A stretch of 50,284 bases of DNA from Fonticula alba ATCC 38817 (taxonomy: Eukaryota; Protista; Nucleariida). Numbering within the stretch: the stretch's first letter is position 1; each line of letters opens with the position of its first letter. Made by a program: the position numbers and the translations under genes. The notes beneath the pieces are model-generated. The model was not told where the DNA came from. It saw only the letters and a list, made by a program, of their open reading frames with translations, and made no database searches. Below are positions 18,168 to 28,913 of this stretch, in pieces. The DNA is taken from NCBI GenBank assembly GCA_000388065.2, contig KB932206.1; one strand, 5' to 3'.

Positions 18168-21100
18168 TTAGAAGAGGTACTGGTCATCCTCCTCCTGCCA
18201 GACATCCTGGCTCTGGTGGCGGATGCGCTCGCGCTCGATGATGGCGGCGCGCTCGCGCTCCTGGGCCTCCTGGATGCTGGTCGCCTGGCGGACCAGCTGT
18301 TCGCGCCGGCGTGGGAGGGCCGACTGCGCCAGGCCGGTGGTCGGCTGGTGGTATGGCTGCCGGGCCGAGGCTTCATCGACCGCGGCCCCGATCGTCGGGC
18401 CCACCACCAACATGGCCGTGGCGGCCGAGGGCTCCGCCTCGCCCTGGGCATTCGGACGGTGGGACCTGGCCGGCTGCCCGACGGTCTCCTCATCCACGGC
18501 ATCGAAGAAGGCCCGGAAGTTGCTGGCCGAATCGTAGCCCAGATACAGGGGCCGGGTGCGGGCCAGCCTGCCGGTCAGGAGGTCGTACGGGCTCCAAAAG
18601 CGCGCGGCCTTCGTCAGGGTCCGCTCGGCCGGAGTCGGCTGGGTGGGGATGAAGCCCGCCGACGAGTCATAGCCATCCAGGGCGGCCTGCGCATCGCGCA
18701 CCAGGCGCCCCAGATACTTGCGATACTTCTCCGGCAACAGGGACCGATACTTGGCGAAGAGGTCCTGCTGGAGCGAGGCCACCAGCTGGTCCTCATGCTG
18801 GTCCTCGGTCCAGGGAGCCGAGTCGACACCGGCGGCCGGGCCTGGGCCTGGCCGCCGCAGGCCGGACGCATGGTCATCCGCAGGGGGGTCATCGTGGAGC
18901 CAGGCAGCCCGAATGCTCGGGCCCATGTGAGCCTCGGCATCGAAATCCCCCTCGGACTCGGGGTCCGAGTCGGAGTAGGCATTTTCGTAGGAGCCGCCAT
19001 GGGGCGAGGCAGCACGGCGCCGGGCCAGGTCGGCGGCTTGGGCCGCCCGCTCGGCTTCCAGAGCACGCTCCTGGGCCATGCGTTCCGGCGACCAGGGCCG
19101 GAAGTCCGGCCGCGTGGCCAGGAAGGCCTCCTCGAACGTGGCGGCCATGATCCGGGGCGCGGCCACATCGACAAAGAACCGCAGGGCCGCCAGGCGCCGC
19201 GCGCGCACCCCCTCGGCCAGCCAAGCCCCGGAGGTGTCCCGGCCCAGCAGGGTCTGGAAGGGCTCCTTCACGGCCTGGAGCAGGTCGCGCGGGCAGATCT
19301 CGCTCGCCGGGTGCCGGCCACAGTACAGACACAGGCCGGCGGCCTGGCGCGCATGCCAGGCATCGCTCTCCAGGATCATGGCCTTGCCAAGGTGGCGGAC
19401 CTGATGCCGGTCCCGGAGCCGGGCACATGGCTCGGAGTTCATGTGCAGCCCGCAGAAGAGACACACCCCGGCCTTCATGCGGGTGCGGATGGTTCGCCGG
19501 GTGAGGGTCCGCTTGCCGTTGCGGAAAACAATCCCCGAGTGAAAGAGCGCCGGGCAAATTTCCGTCGACGGATGCCGGCCACAGTAGGAACACATGGCCG
19601 GATTCCTCCTCGACCGCGGGGCATGGGATGGTACGCCCTGGACCGAGGGGCCGCCGGCGGCCGCGGCCACCGGCTCGTGCGTCAAATAGCACGGCTCATC
19701 TTGCCGGTGCAGGCCGCACCGCATGCACAGGTGGAATTGCGCGCGGCGGCGCATTTCCCGCGGCAACAGCAGCAGCTGCCCATCCATGTAGGAGTACCCC
19801 TGGCGTCGGAGAAGCGGGCACTCGGTGGCCCGGGTGTGCATGCCGCACGCATCGCACAGGCCCAGCCCTCGGCGAGCATGCACCTCGCGGGCGGTGACCA
19901 GCAGCAGCCCATCGGACAGGCGCATCCCCCGGCGCGCCAGCCACGGGCACGCCTGGTCGGCCGGGTGCTGGAAGCAGAAGTGGCAAGTGTCCCCCGGGGC
20001 CGGGGCCGTGGGACCCACTGGCCGGAGGCCAGGGTCCGACTCCGGCGGCAGGGCCACATTCCACAAGCCAATGAGCGCCACATCGTGCCCTCGATGGGGG
20101 GACTTCGGCAGGAGGATCGCCCCCTCCAGGGGCGGGGGGGAACCCCCGGCGGGGGGACCCCCCGTCGTGGCGGCGGCCGCCGCAAGATGGGCATGGGTTG
20201 TCCGGTCCGGCGCCAGCAGCACCGGCCCCTGGAATGCCTTGCTCATGGCCGGGCATGGCCGGTCGAGCGGGTGCCGCCCGCAGAAGATACACACCCGAAG
20301 GGACAGCCGATCTTCACGGGCCTGCCGCGTCAGGAGCCGGAACCGGTAGATGAAGTCCACCCCCTCCCGGCGCAACTGCGGGCATGGCTGATCATCCAGG
20401 TGGTCCAGGCAGATGGGGCATGCCCGGGCAGATGGCTGGTCGGGCCCCGACGAGCATGCGGCCGCCGTCGGGCCCGTCGAGGAGGGATGCAGCTGCTGGC
20501 CAGTGTAGGGGAAAGCCAGGCCCGGGGTGGCATGCTCGTCATCCGGCAAGAAGGGGCATGCTTGGTAGATGGGGTGCAGGCCACACACGGCGCACCGGCC
20601 CAGCTGCACACGCCGGGCGTAGAAGGCCATGCCGGCCGGGCCGGGGGGAAGGTCCAGCAAATGGCCGCGCCTCAGCAAACGTGGACAGATCAGCTCGGCC
20701 GGGTGCTCGGCGCAAAAGGTGCACAGCAGCTCCGGGTACTGGACATCCGGCTCGGGGGAGGCGGTTGGCTCCGGCAGGGGGAGCCCATCTGCCGGGTGCG
20801 GCTCCAGCTGCTGGGAGGCGGCCTCCTGCAGCAGGCTGGCCAGGGCGTCCAGAGACTGGCGCCCGGCCAGCTCACTGACCGAGAAGACATGCTGGATGCC
20901 GTATTGGTTCAGGGCAAAGTCGAGGAGAGGGATCCCGGTTTGGGGACTACCGGGGGGGGGNNNNNNNNNNNNNNNNNNNNNNNNNNNNNNNNNNNNNNNN
21001 NNNNNNNNNNNNNNNNNNNNNNNNNNNNNNNNNNNNNNNNNNNNNNNNNNNNNNNNNNNNNNNNNNNNNNNNNNNNNNNNNNNNNNNNNNNNNNNNNNNN

Positions 21101-21401
21101 NNNNNNNNNNNNNNNNNNNGGGGGGGGGGGGGAAGCATCGACGCAGGCCGAGGGAGAGAGGAAGGAAGAGAAGCTGCTGCATGATGGCGGCGCACGGGGG
21201 AGAAGGAGATGACCAATTCGGGGCGATCCCCGGGAAGAGGGGCACCAGGGGCGGCCCTGCCTCATGGTGATGGCCGTGCTCATGATCCGAGCAGGAGCAG
21301 GGTCCCGCAAGGGTGCTGGCAAGACGCCGGTACGCCGACGCGCGTGGCCCCGAAAAACATGCTCTTCTCACAGGGGGCTTTGAGAGGAGGGCGCGCAGCA
21401 T
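18168..21401 (-). CDS. Uncharacterised protein with ten CX2CX2HX5C zinc-finger-like repeats; possible mitochondrial presequence
   Basis: Open frame 18168-20960 containing 10 regularly spaced C/H motifs (19293-20723) followed by a helical, charged C-terminus. Putative start MLRALLSKPPVRR at 21401 lies across gap 20961-21119, so its linkage is inferred. Confidence 0.75.
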   Translation of the reverse strand: MLRALLSKPPVRRACFSGPRASAYRRLASTLAGPCSCSDHEHGHHHEAGPPLVPLFPGIAPNWSSPSPPCAAIMQQLLFLPLSLGLRRCFPPPPXXXXXXXXXXXXXXXXXXXXXXXXXXXXXXXXXXXXXXXXXXXXXXXXXXXXXPPPGSPQTGIPLLDFALNQYGIQHVFSVSELAGRQSLDALASLLQEAASQQLEPHPADGLPLPEPTASPEPDVQYPELLCTFCAEHPAELICPRLLRRGHLLDLPPGPAGMAFYARRVQLGRCAVCGLHPIYQACPFLPDDEHATPGLAFPYTGQQLHPSSTGPTAAACSSGPDQPSARACPICLDHLDDQPCPQLRREGVDFIYRFRLLTRQAREDRLSLRVCIFCGRHPLDRPCPAMSKAFQGPVLLAPDRTTHAHLAAAAATTGGPPAGGSPPPLEGAILLPKSPHRGHDVALIGLWNVALPPESDPGLRPVGPTAPAPGDTCHFCFQHPADQACPWLARRGMRLSDGLLLVTAREVHARRGLGLCDACGMHTRATECPLLRRQGYSYMDGQLLLLPREMRRRAQFHLCMRCGLHRQDEPCYLTHEPVAAAAGGPSVQGVPSHAPRSRRNPAMCSYCGRHPSTEICPALFHSGIVFRNGKRTLTRRTIRTRMKAGVCLFCGLHMNSEPCARLRDRHQVRHLGKAMILESDAWHARQAAGLCLYCGRHPASEICPRDLLQAVKEPFQTLLGRDTSGAWLAEGVRARRLAALRFFVDVAAPRIMAATFEEAFLATRPDFRPWSPERMAQERALEAERAAQAADLARRRAASPHGGSYENAYSDSDPESEGDFDAEAHMGPSIRAAWLHDDPPADDHASGLRRPGPGPAAGVDSAPWTEDQHEDQLVASLQQDLFAKYRSLLPEKYRKYLGRLVRDAQAALDGYDSSAGFIPTQPTPAERTLTKAARFWSPYDLLTGRLARTRPLYLGYDSASNFRAFFDAVDEETVGQPARSHRPNAQGEAEPSAATAMLVVGPTIGAAVDEASARQPYHQPTTGLAQSALPRRREQLVRQATSIQEAQERERAAIIERERIRHQSQDVWQEEDDQYLF

Positions 21402-22204
21402 GCTACCCGTCGGCCGGGGAGGGGGGGGGGGGGCGCCCTCAGAGCACCAACCGGCGAGTTCTCCGCACGCGACGATCCCGCGGGGTGCGGGGGGCAATGG
21501 GGCCAGGCGGCAGGGGTTGCGGCGGGGATGGCGGCGGCGGCGGCAGCGGCAGCGGCGGCGGTCGCACGGCGGTGAAGGAAGGGGAGAGGGAGCAGAAGCA
21601 AGGGTAGAGAGAGAGAGGGGAGGGGGGAGGAGGGAGAATCACACACCCGTGGCCATGGGTGGACCGACTCCGACGGGAGAAGGAGGCGGAAGGGTGGCGG
21701 AGGCAAAAACCAAAACGGCAGGGAAAAGTGGCCGGGGAGGGGGAGGAGGAGGAGGGATGTCTGTATCAAGGCTCGCCCATGCCATGCGACCATTGCCCGG
21801 CGGCGCTTCAGATCCGACCAGCACAGGGGCCACGCACGACCTGTCGCCGGTTCACGTACATATCCACGCACGCATGCACATCCCCCCCCGNNNNNNNNNN
21901 NNNNNNNNNNNNNNNNNNNNNNNNNNNNNNNNNNNNNNNNNNNNNNNNNNNNNNNNNNNNNNNNNNNNNNNNNNNNNNNNNNNNNNNNNNNNNNNNNNNN
22001 NNNNNNNNNNNNNNNNNNNNNNNNNNNNNNNNNNNNNNNNNNNNNNNNNNNNNNNNNNNNNNNNNNNNNNNNNNNNNNNNNNNNNNNNNNNNNNNNNNNN
22101 NNNNNNNNNNNNNNNNNNNNNNNNNNNNNNNNNNNNNNNNNNNNNNNNNNNNNNNNNNNNNNNNNNNNNNNNNNNNNNNNNNNNNNNNNNNNNNNNNNNN
22201 NNNN

Positions 22205-22236
<32 letters not shown>

Positions 22237-22721
22237 ATCCGGCACTGCACGCACAGGGCTCGATGGGGGTCGCACTCGCGCCGCCGGGTCTTCGTCCTCG
22301 TGCATCAAGGCTCGCGGGGAGAAGCTGCTCCCGGAAAGAAGCGAGGCGCCAACGGCCACGGGTGCCAATGGAGGGATCAAGGTCGTGTGTTTATTCATGG
22401 GCATCTGGAAGGCGCCGGTGCATTGGAGGTGCGCTTGGGCGCCACCGGGGGCCGGCGTGATCATGGCACGGCGTGCGCGACCGGGGCACGCCCCCGCCGG
22501 GCGCCCCCCTGGCCTGCTCCTGCCTGCCCTCCCCCACCTCGCGCTCTCTCTCTTTCTCTCTTTCTCTCTCTCCCCCTTCCTCGGCCCCATGCTGGCCCAT
22601 GTCCCGGGTTGGTGTTTTTCCTTCTTTCTTTCTTTCTCGGCCGTCCGAGGGTTGCCACAGGATCGCCACAGGTGCAATGGGGAGAGGTGCTGGCCAATGC
22701 CGGGGCCCCGGGGTCCCGAGA

Positions 22722-23479
22722 TCAAAGCCCCAGGACGCGGATCCACCTGAGGCATTGCTCCAACTCGGAGTTCAACTGGCGCTGGAAGAACCGGCGATCA
22801 TACTCAATCGGGCCGTCCTCCGTGTCCTCGAAGGGGGGAACGGTGTCGGCCATTTCCAGGCGGCTGTGCAGGTCCTGCACATTGGAGATGATCCCCTCGC
22901 GCAGGGTCTGCGCCGCCAGCAGGGCCTCCCGGTGGGGGGCATTCTCCGGGCGCTGGAGAAGCTCCTCCCTGGTGGGGCCGCTCTGCAGCCAGCCGAATGT
23001 CAGCCGGGACAGCAGCCCCTGGCCGGCCATCTGCTCGGCAGCGAGATGCTCATCGGCCGCGACGGCCTGCGCGTGGACCTTGGCCACATACCGGTCGCCC
23101 ACCTCGAAGAGCTCGCGGTTGCGCGTCTCCGAGCAGGACAGATAGGCCTTGATGTGGTGCGTGCATTCCATCTCCGTCTGCTCCTTGTTCAAGCAAGAGA
23201 GCATATTCCGCAGGGACATGGCGCTGGGTGGGAGGAGGGCAGAGGCACCGGCCGGGGCGGCGAGGGGAGGCGCGCGGGTCAGACACCATGGAGCACGACG
23301 ATGGCATGGCGTGCGGATCACGCCTGACACGGGCGACGGCCGGGGCCGATGGAGGGCGCGCACCACAGGTTGACGGTTTCCGGAATCTCGGACGAGGGCA
23401 TCCCCGGCGGCATGGCCGGCAGGGGAACATCCATCAGGGCGGTCTCCGTGTAACGGCGCCGATCGGAGGTGAAGACCAT
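22722..23479 (-). CDS. Twin CX9C (CHCH-fold) protein, likely mitochondrial intermembrane space
   Basis: Exon 23479-23364 splices to 23223 (GTGCGC...CCCAG) and creates a TG|C Cys codon, giving C-AMSLRNMLS-C-LNKEQTEME-C-THHIKAYLS-C. The 3' end is either the stop at 22722 or a further small exon ending at 22391. Confidence 0.65.
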
Positions 23480-23884
23480 GGTGCGGGTGGCAAAGGAGAG
23501 CGCAGCGAGACAAGGGCACAGGAGGCGGGGGGGGGGGGGAAGGAGGGGGATATCAGCGTGGTGACACTCGGCGCCCGGTGCCGGTGTCATCGGGGCCCCA
23601 TTTCGCTGGCTCCCCTCTCGCCTGCCGGTCCGGGCACACCGGGCCCGGCGGGGCACAGGCAAACACGCCGGCACACCCGCCCGCCGCGGCCGCCCGGGCG
23701 CCGGCTCCCTCGACAAGCCGGGGTCTGGGCAGTTGCCCGCCGCCCGACACAGGCGCCCACTCGCACTCAAGCACACACGCACACGCACACGCACACGCAC
23801 GCACGGGTGGGTGATGATCGGGCCCGGCCATGCCCGGGCCCTCCCTGGCACGTGACGCTTGCCGCGCATTGCTAATCCCCGCCG

Positions 23885-23903
23885 GGGGGGTTATATAATT
23901 TCC
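23885..23903. promoter_or_regulatory. Possible TATA-like element between the divergent CX9C and glutathione synthetase genes
   Basis: ttatataattt is a rare AT island in very GC-rich DNA. No transcript evidence. Confidence 0.3.
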
Positions 23904-24799
23904 TTGCGGAGCGAGGCCAGGAACCGGCGGCCCCCCCGGCCCGGGGTCCTGGGCGCCGCCACCGCGGCCGCCCTCGCCCCCTTGCTTCCTCCTGCTTCTG
24001 GCCACCGGGCCGCCAGATCTCCGTCCAATCTGCGTCCTGGCCGGGGGAGGGGGGGGGGGGGGGGCTCGGCCGCTGTCTAGTCACCCGCATCACATTCGGC
24101 GTGCCGAGGCCGGGACAAGGGGGGCCCGGCAAACGCGAAGGCTCTGTCATGACGCGCGGGGCCAGCCAACCGCACCACCCCCGGGGCCCAGCACGACCCT
24201 TGCCCGGCTCCCCCCTCGTGCGTGCCCCCCCCCCCGGTCCATTTGGGCTGGTGCGGCCCCGATGGCACCTGGGCCCGGCCCACAGCGCCCTCCCCNNNNN
24301 NNNNNNNNNNNNNNNNNNNNNNNNNNNNNNNNNNNNNNNNNNNNNNNNNNNNNNNNNNNNNNNNNNNNNNNNNNNNNNNNNNNNNNNNNNNNNNNNNNNN
24401 NNNNNNNNNNNNNNNNNNNNNNNNNNNNNNNNNNNNNNNNNNNNNNNNNNNNNNNNNNNNNNNNNNNNNNNNNNNNNNNNNNNNNNNNNNNNNNNNNNNN
24501 NNNNNNNNNNNNNNNNNNNNNNNNNNNNNNNNNNNNNNNNNNNNNNNNNNNNNNNNNNNNNNNNNNNNNNNNNNNNNNNNNNNNNNNNNNNNNNNNNNNN
24601 NNNNNNNNNNNNNNNNNNNNNNNNNNNNNNNNNNNNNNNNNNNNNNNNCCCCCCCCCCCCCGCCCGCCCGCTGTCGGTGTCTCCCCCCTTGGCCCCTCCC
24701 TCCTGCCCGGGCCTCTGCCGGGATTTTCGCATGCGCATGGGAATGCGGGGGAGATCGCGCTGCTGACTGCCCGCCTGCCCCACTCGCCCTTGCTCTCAG

Positions 24800-27077
24800 C
24801 CTGGCCCGGTGACCCACGCGCCGGTGACCCTGCAGCCGACCCGCTTCAAGAAGGCTGCCTTCGAGAAGGCCATGGACCTGGCCCCCACCGTGGCGGCCTT
24901 GATGCGCGGCTCGCGCTCGGATCGCGCGTGGCTCGAGTCCATCGTTCGCCTGTGCGTCACGCCTTCGCCCCGGCCCGTGTGCTCGCCTGGCCCCCCGGCC
25001 CCCGCGCGCCTCGGCCCCTTGAGATCGCCCCGCCCCTGGCTGACCCGACTTGCGCCCTGGTCCCGATTGGCAGTGCCGCTTCGGCGGATCCCTTCACCGA
25101 GAAGTTGGTCGGCCTGTGCCTCGATTACTGGGCTCTGCCGGAAGACCCGCAGGTGAGTGGCCTCTCGCGCCTGGGTGTCTGCCTCCCCTCGCCGACACCA
25201 CCCGGCACACTGCCTGCACCTCGCCCTGTTGCTCGCCCTTTGGATCTGTCGCTCCTCCCCCTGCCCCCTGTCCCTTGCCCCTTCCTCACACACGCACACA
25301 CATACATCACCCCCATGCGCACCGGCCTCCGGCAGCCGATCAAGCTTGACATCACTCGCGCCGACTATCTGGAGCATTCGCCCACCAGCGGCGACGACGA
25401 GCGCGTCATCTTGCAGGTGGAGGTCAACACCATCGCCGCCTCCTTCACGGCCCTTTCGGCGCTGGTGAGCGAGCTCCATCGGTGCGTCCTTCGCCCGACG
25501 ACCCCACCCCGGGGGCTCGGCCGCTGTCTAGTCACCCGCATCACNNNNNNNNNNNNNNNNNNNNNNNNNNNNNNNNNNNNNNNNNNNNNNNNNNNNNNNN
25601 NNNNNNNNNNNNNNNNNNNNNNNNNNNNNNNNNNNNNNNNNNNNNNNNNNNCCTCATGGAGCAGGAGGCCGGTGCTCCGGTGGCCGACGCCTGCCTGCCG
25701 GACAACCAGGCCTCCGGCGATGCGGCGCCCTTGGGCATCGGCGCCGCTCACTGGGCTTACATCCGGCAGCAGCGCCGCCACCGGGCCACCTGCTCGACCA
25801 CCACCTGCCCCACCTGGGCGGAGAAGAATGTGCGAGTGCTCTTTGTCGTGCAGCCCGGCGAGCGCAATACCATGGACCAGCGCCACATTGAGTACTCCTT
25901 GCGCGGTCTGCAGGCCGGGCAGTATGGCGATCGCATCGCCGCCTCCCCGGAGACCGGGGCCTTCATCGAGGGTCCGGTGTGGTCGATGCGCGCCTCGCTG
26001 GCGGACATCCATCGCGAAGGCACCATCGACCCGGCCACCGGGGCCCTGCTCTTGTATGTTGGCACCATCTGCCGCACCATCCCTCGCCACTTGCTTGCCC
26101 TCCTGTCGCCATGGGCCGGTGCTGACCGGCAATCTGGGCCTCTCTCTCTCACACACACACTCCCTCTCCCCGTGGGGTCGGGCATGGGCCTCGGCACACC
26201 GGGGCTCCCACAGCCGCGGCTTCGAGATCTCGGTGGTGTACTTCCGCGCGGGCTACTCGCCGAATGATTACCCCACCGAGGCGGAATGGGCCGCCCGGCG
26301 GCTGATGAACCGGTCGACCGCGGTCGAGTGCCCGGACCCGGCCTTCCACCTGGCCGGCTTGAAGAAGGCCCAGCAGGTGTGGTGCGAGGCCGGCGTGGTG
26401 GAGCGCCTGCTGGCCTCCTCCCGGTCGTATGTCCAGGCCGACGGGTCGCCGGATGTGGCGGCGGCCACGGCCGCTGCCCAGGCCCTGCGCCAGGTGTTTG
26501 CCCTGCAGCATGGCCTGGATTCGCCGGAGGCCACGGCCGCCCTGGAGCGCGACGCGGCCAAGTACGCCGCGGCCGAGTCCCTCTGTGACGACGGGCCTGG
26601 GGACTATGTGCTGAAGCCCCAGCGCGAGGGTGGCGGCAACAACGCCCACGGGGCCGGGGCCCGGACCACGGCCGCGAGCCTGCCCCCGTCCGAGAAGCCG
26701 GGCTGGATCCTGATGGAGAAGATCGCGGCCCCGCACCGGCCGAGCGTGTTCATGCGCCACTGCGAGGTTCTCCCGGTGTCCGAGACCATTTGCGAGCTGG
26801 GCATCTATGGCGTCATGCTGGTGTATGTGTCACCCTACCTTGCCTTTCTTCCCTCGGGTTTCATTTTGCCCTCCCCCGCCCGCAGGCGCTGACCTCCAAC
26901 TCGCCCACTCCCCTGGCCGCCCCTCGCCCCTCCTCCTGCCGGACCAGTGACGAGTCCACCAACCAGGTGTTTGTCAACCGCCCGTCCGGGTACCTGGCCC
27001 GCACGAAGCCGGCCACCAGCGGCGAGGGCGGTGTGGCTTCCGGCTTCTCGTGCCTCGACAGTGTGGAGCTGATCTAG
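24800..27077 (+). CDS. GSH2: Glutathione synthetase, eukaryotic type (5' end lost in or near gap 24296-24648)
   Basis: Motifs HAPVTLQP, ITRADY, QVEVNTIAASF, VLFVVQPGERN..DQ, VVYFRAGYSPNDY, LAGLKKAQQ, YVLKPQREGGGNN, ILMEKI, ELGIYG, GYLARTK, EGGVASGFSCLDS. Introns are phase-consistent GT-AG. Confidence 0.95.
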
Positions 27078-27577
27078 ACGCCCGCCACAGGCACGTGTGT
27101 GTGCCTGTGCGTGCATGTGTGCCTTGCTGGCGCGGTGTGCGCTCCGCATCCGTACACACACACACACACACACACACGCAGGCACGCACGCAGGCACGCA
27201 CACGTCAACTCACGGGGCCATGTTGCAGGGAGGGACGGGGCGCCTCGGGTGCGATGCGCCTCCCACTCTGTGTCCTATCCTCGGCCCCTCTTCCCTTCGC
27301 CCTCACTGTCGCGCATACGCTGGCACAGCAAATGAAGCCCGCCTATCTGCCTTAGTTCGGGTGGTGTATTCTGTTTGGAGGTTTTATGGGAGGGGGAGGG
27401 GGGGGGATTTTTTGCGGAAGAGAGTGCTGCTCGGAAAAATGGCCAACGTGCACGCATGGGCCGCCGGACGCCGGCCCCGGCGAGGGCAGGGGAGGGGGCA
27501 ACCGGCCTCGGGGATATGGCACAAGGCAGGGCGCACTGCCCAACCCATGCGAGGCACATGCGCATGCAGCCGGGCGC

Positions 27578-28913
27578 CTACTTCTTCGACCCCTTGGCGC
27601 CCTTCTTCTTGGAGCCCGGGGTGGCCGGAGCCGGAGCCGGAGCCGGCGCGGCAGTGGGGTCGGCCGGGGACGTCGGCACAGCAGCCGCAGAGACCGGGGC
27701 CTCGGCGGCCGGGGCGCCGGGGGCCTTGGGGGCAGCGGCCTTGGAGCTAGTGGCCTGGTCGTCGGCCACCTTGCCACCAGTGGCTGGGGCATCATGGACA
27801 GGCGTGGTGTCAACCACCAGGGGGGAGCCGGGGGCGGATGGCGCACCGGGCTCCTGGCCGCCAGCAGATGGGAGGCTCGGCGAGGCGGGCTGGCTGGATG
27901 TCGGGGTCACCAGGCCGGAGGGAGGGGGGGCCGCGTCGAGGGCCGCCTGCAGGATCTCCGCCGGGATCCGAGACAGCAGGCTTTCCATGTACACGCGCAT
28001 GTTGTTGATTTCGCCGTTCCGCTGCTGCAGGACCGACCGGAGCTCGCGATTTTCGGACCGCAGGAAGACCACCTCCCGGTTTTGATCCACATGCGACTCG
28101 CCGGTGGCGTAATTCATCAGGCGATCAAGCAGGGACGGAGAGGTGGGGCCCATGGCCGAGGGGGAGCCCGGCGCCGCAACGCCGGGAGAGGTGGGCGACC
28201 GCTGAGCCTGCTGCGGCTGGGCCTGCTGCTGGACGAGGTGCCGCTGCAACAGCTGCTGCTGCTGCTGCTGTGATTGCGGCTGCGGGTGCGACCGCGGCTG
28301 CGATTGTGGTTGCGGCTGCGGCTGCGGTTGCGGCCGCGGCTGCGGCTGCGGCTGTGATTGGGGCTGCACCTGGGATGGGCGAGCCATCCCCGGCGTGGGT
28401 GCCATTGGCACGGGCTGGGGCATGCCGCCTGCCATTTTACGGGCGGTTCTCTCGGCGGTTAGCGATGGTCGGCGACGGCGGGAGGGCGGACGAGCACACT
28501 CCCATTCCCCAAGCACCGAGACGGGGGCCGGGGAAAGCGCACCATTCGAAGCGATGAGCGGCTGCACGGGGACCTGGTGGGCGGCCTGCCCGGCAGCCGG
28601 TGCCCGGCGGGAAACGGCCTGCGACCCGGCGCCCGGGGTCTGGACGGCCGAAGACTGGGCAACGGAAGGGCCGGACGCCTTGGGCCCGGCGACCGGGCCA
28701 GTGGACTCGGCTGTCGATCCGAGGAACGCCGGGAGGCTGATGTCGGCTGCCTGGACGCGAGAGATGATCTCCTTCATATCGTTGTAGGAGAGGACCGACC
28801 GGGCATCATCGATCTGGCACAACAGAGGGCCGTGTGGTGACGAGAGGGCGAGCGGGGGGGGGGGGGGGGGGGAGGGAGGTAGATCTGGGCACGGGATCTT
28901 CGCGAGATTGAGC
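27578..28913 (-). CDS. Hypothetical protein with Q/P-rich low complexity and a short coiled coil; start lies in gap 28914-29059
   Basis: Long open frame with an ordered block LLDRLMNYATGESHVDQNREVVFLRSENRELRSVLQQRNGEINNMRVYMESLL, intron-like segments (GCTAAC branch point near 28460) and a lysine-rich end KKKGAKGSKK*. No family recognised. Confidence 0.55.

Noticed and set aside
17451-21212. 1253-aa plus-strand ORF
   Set aside because: Antisense shadow of the zinc-finger gene, spanning two gaps.
18168-21401. Intact LTR retrotransposon
   Set aside because: No protease, RT, RNase H or integrase motifs, LTRs or primer-binding site seen; at most a domesticated knuckle.
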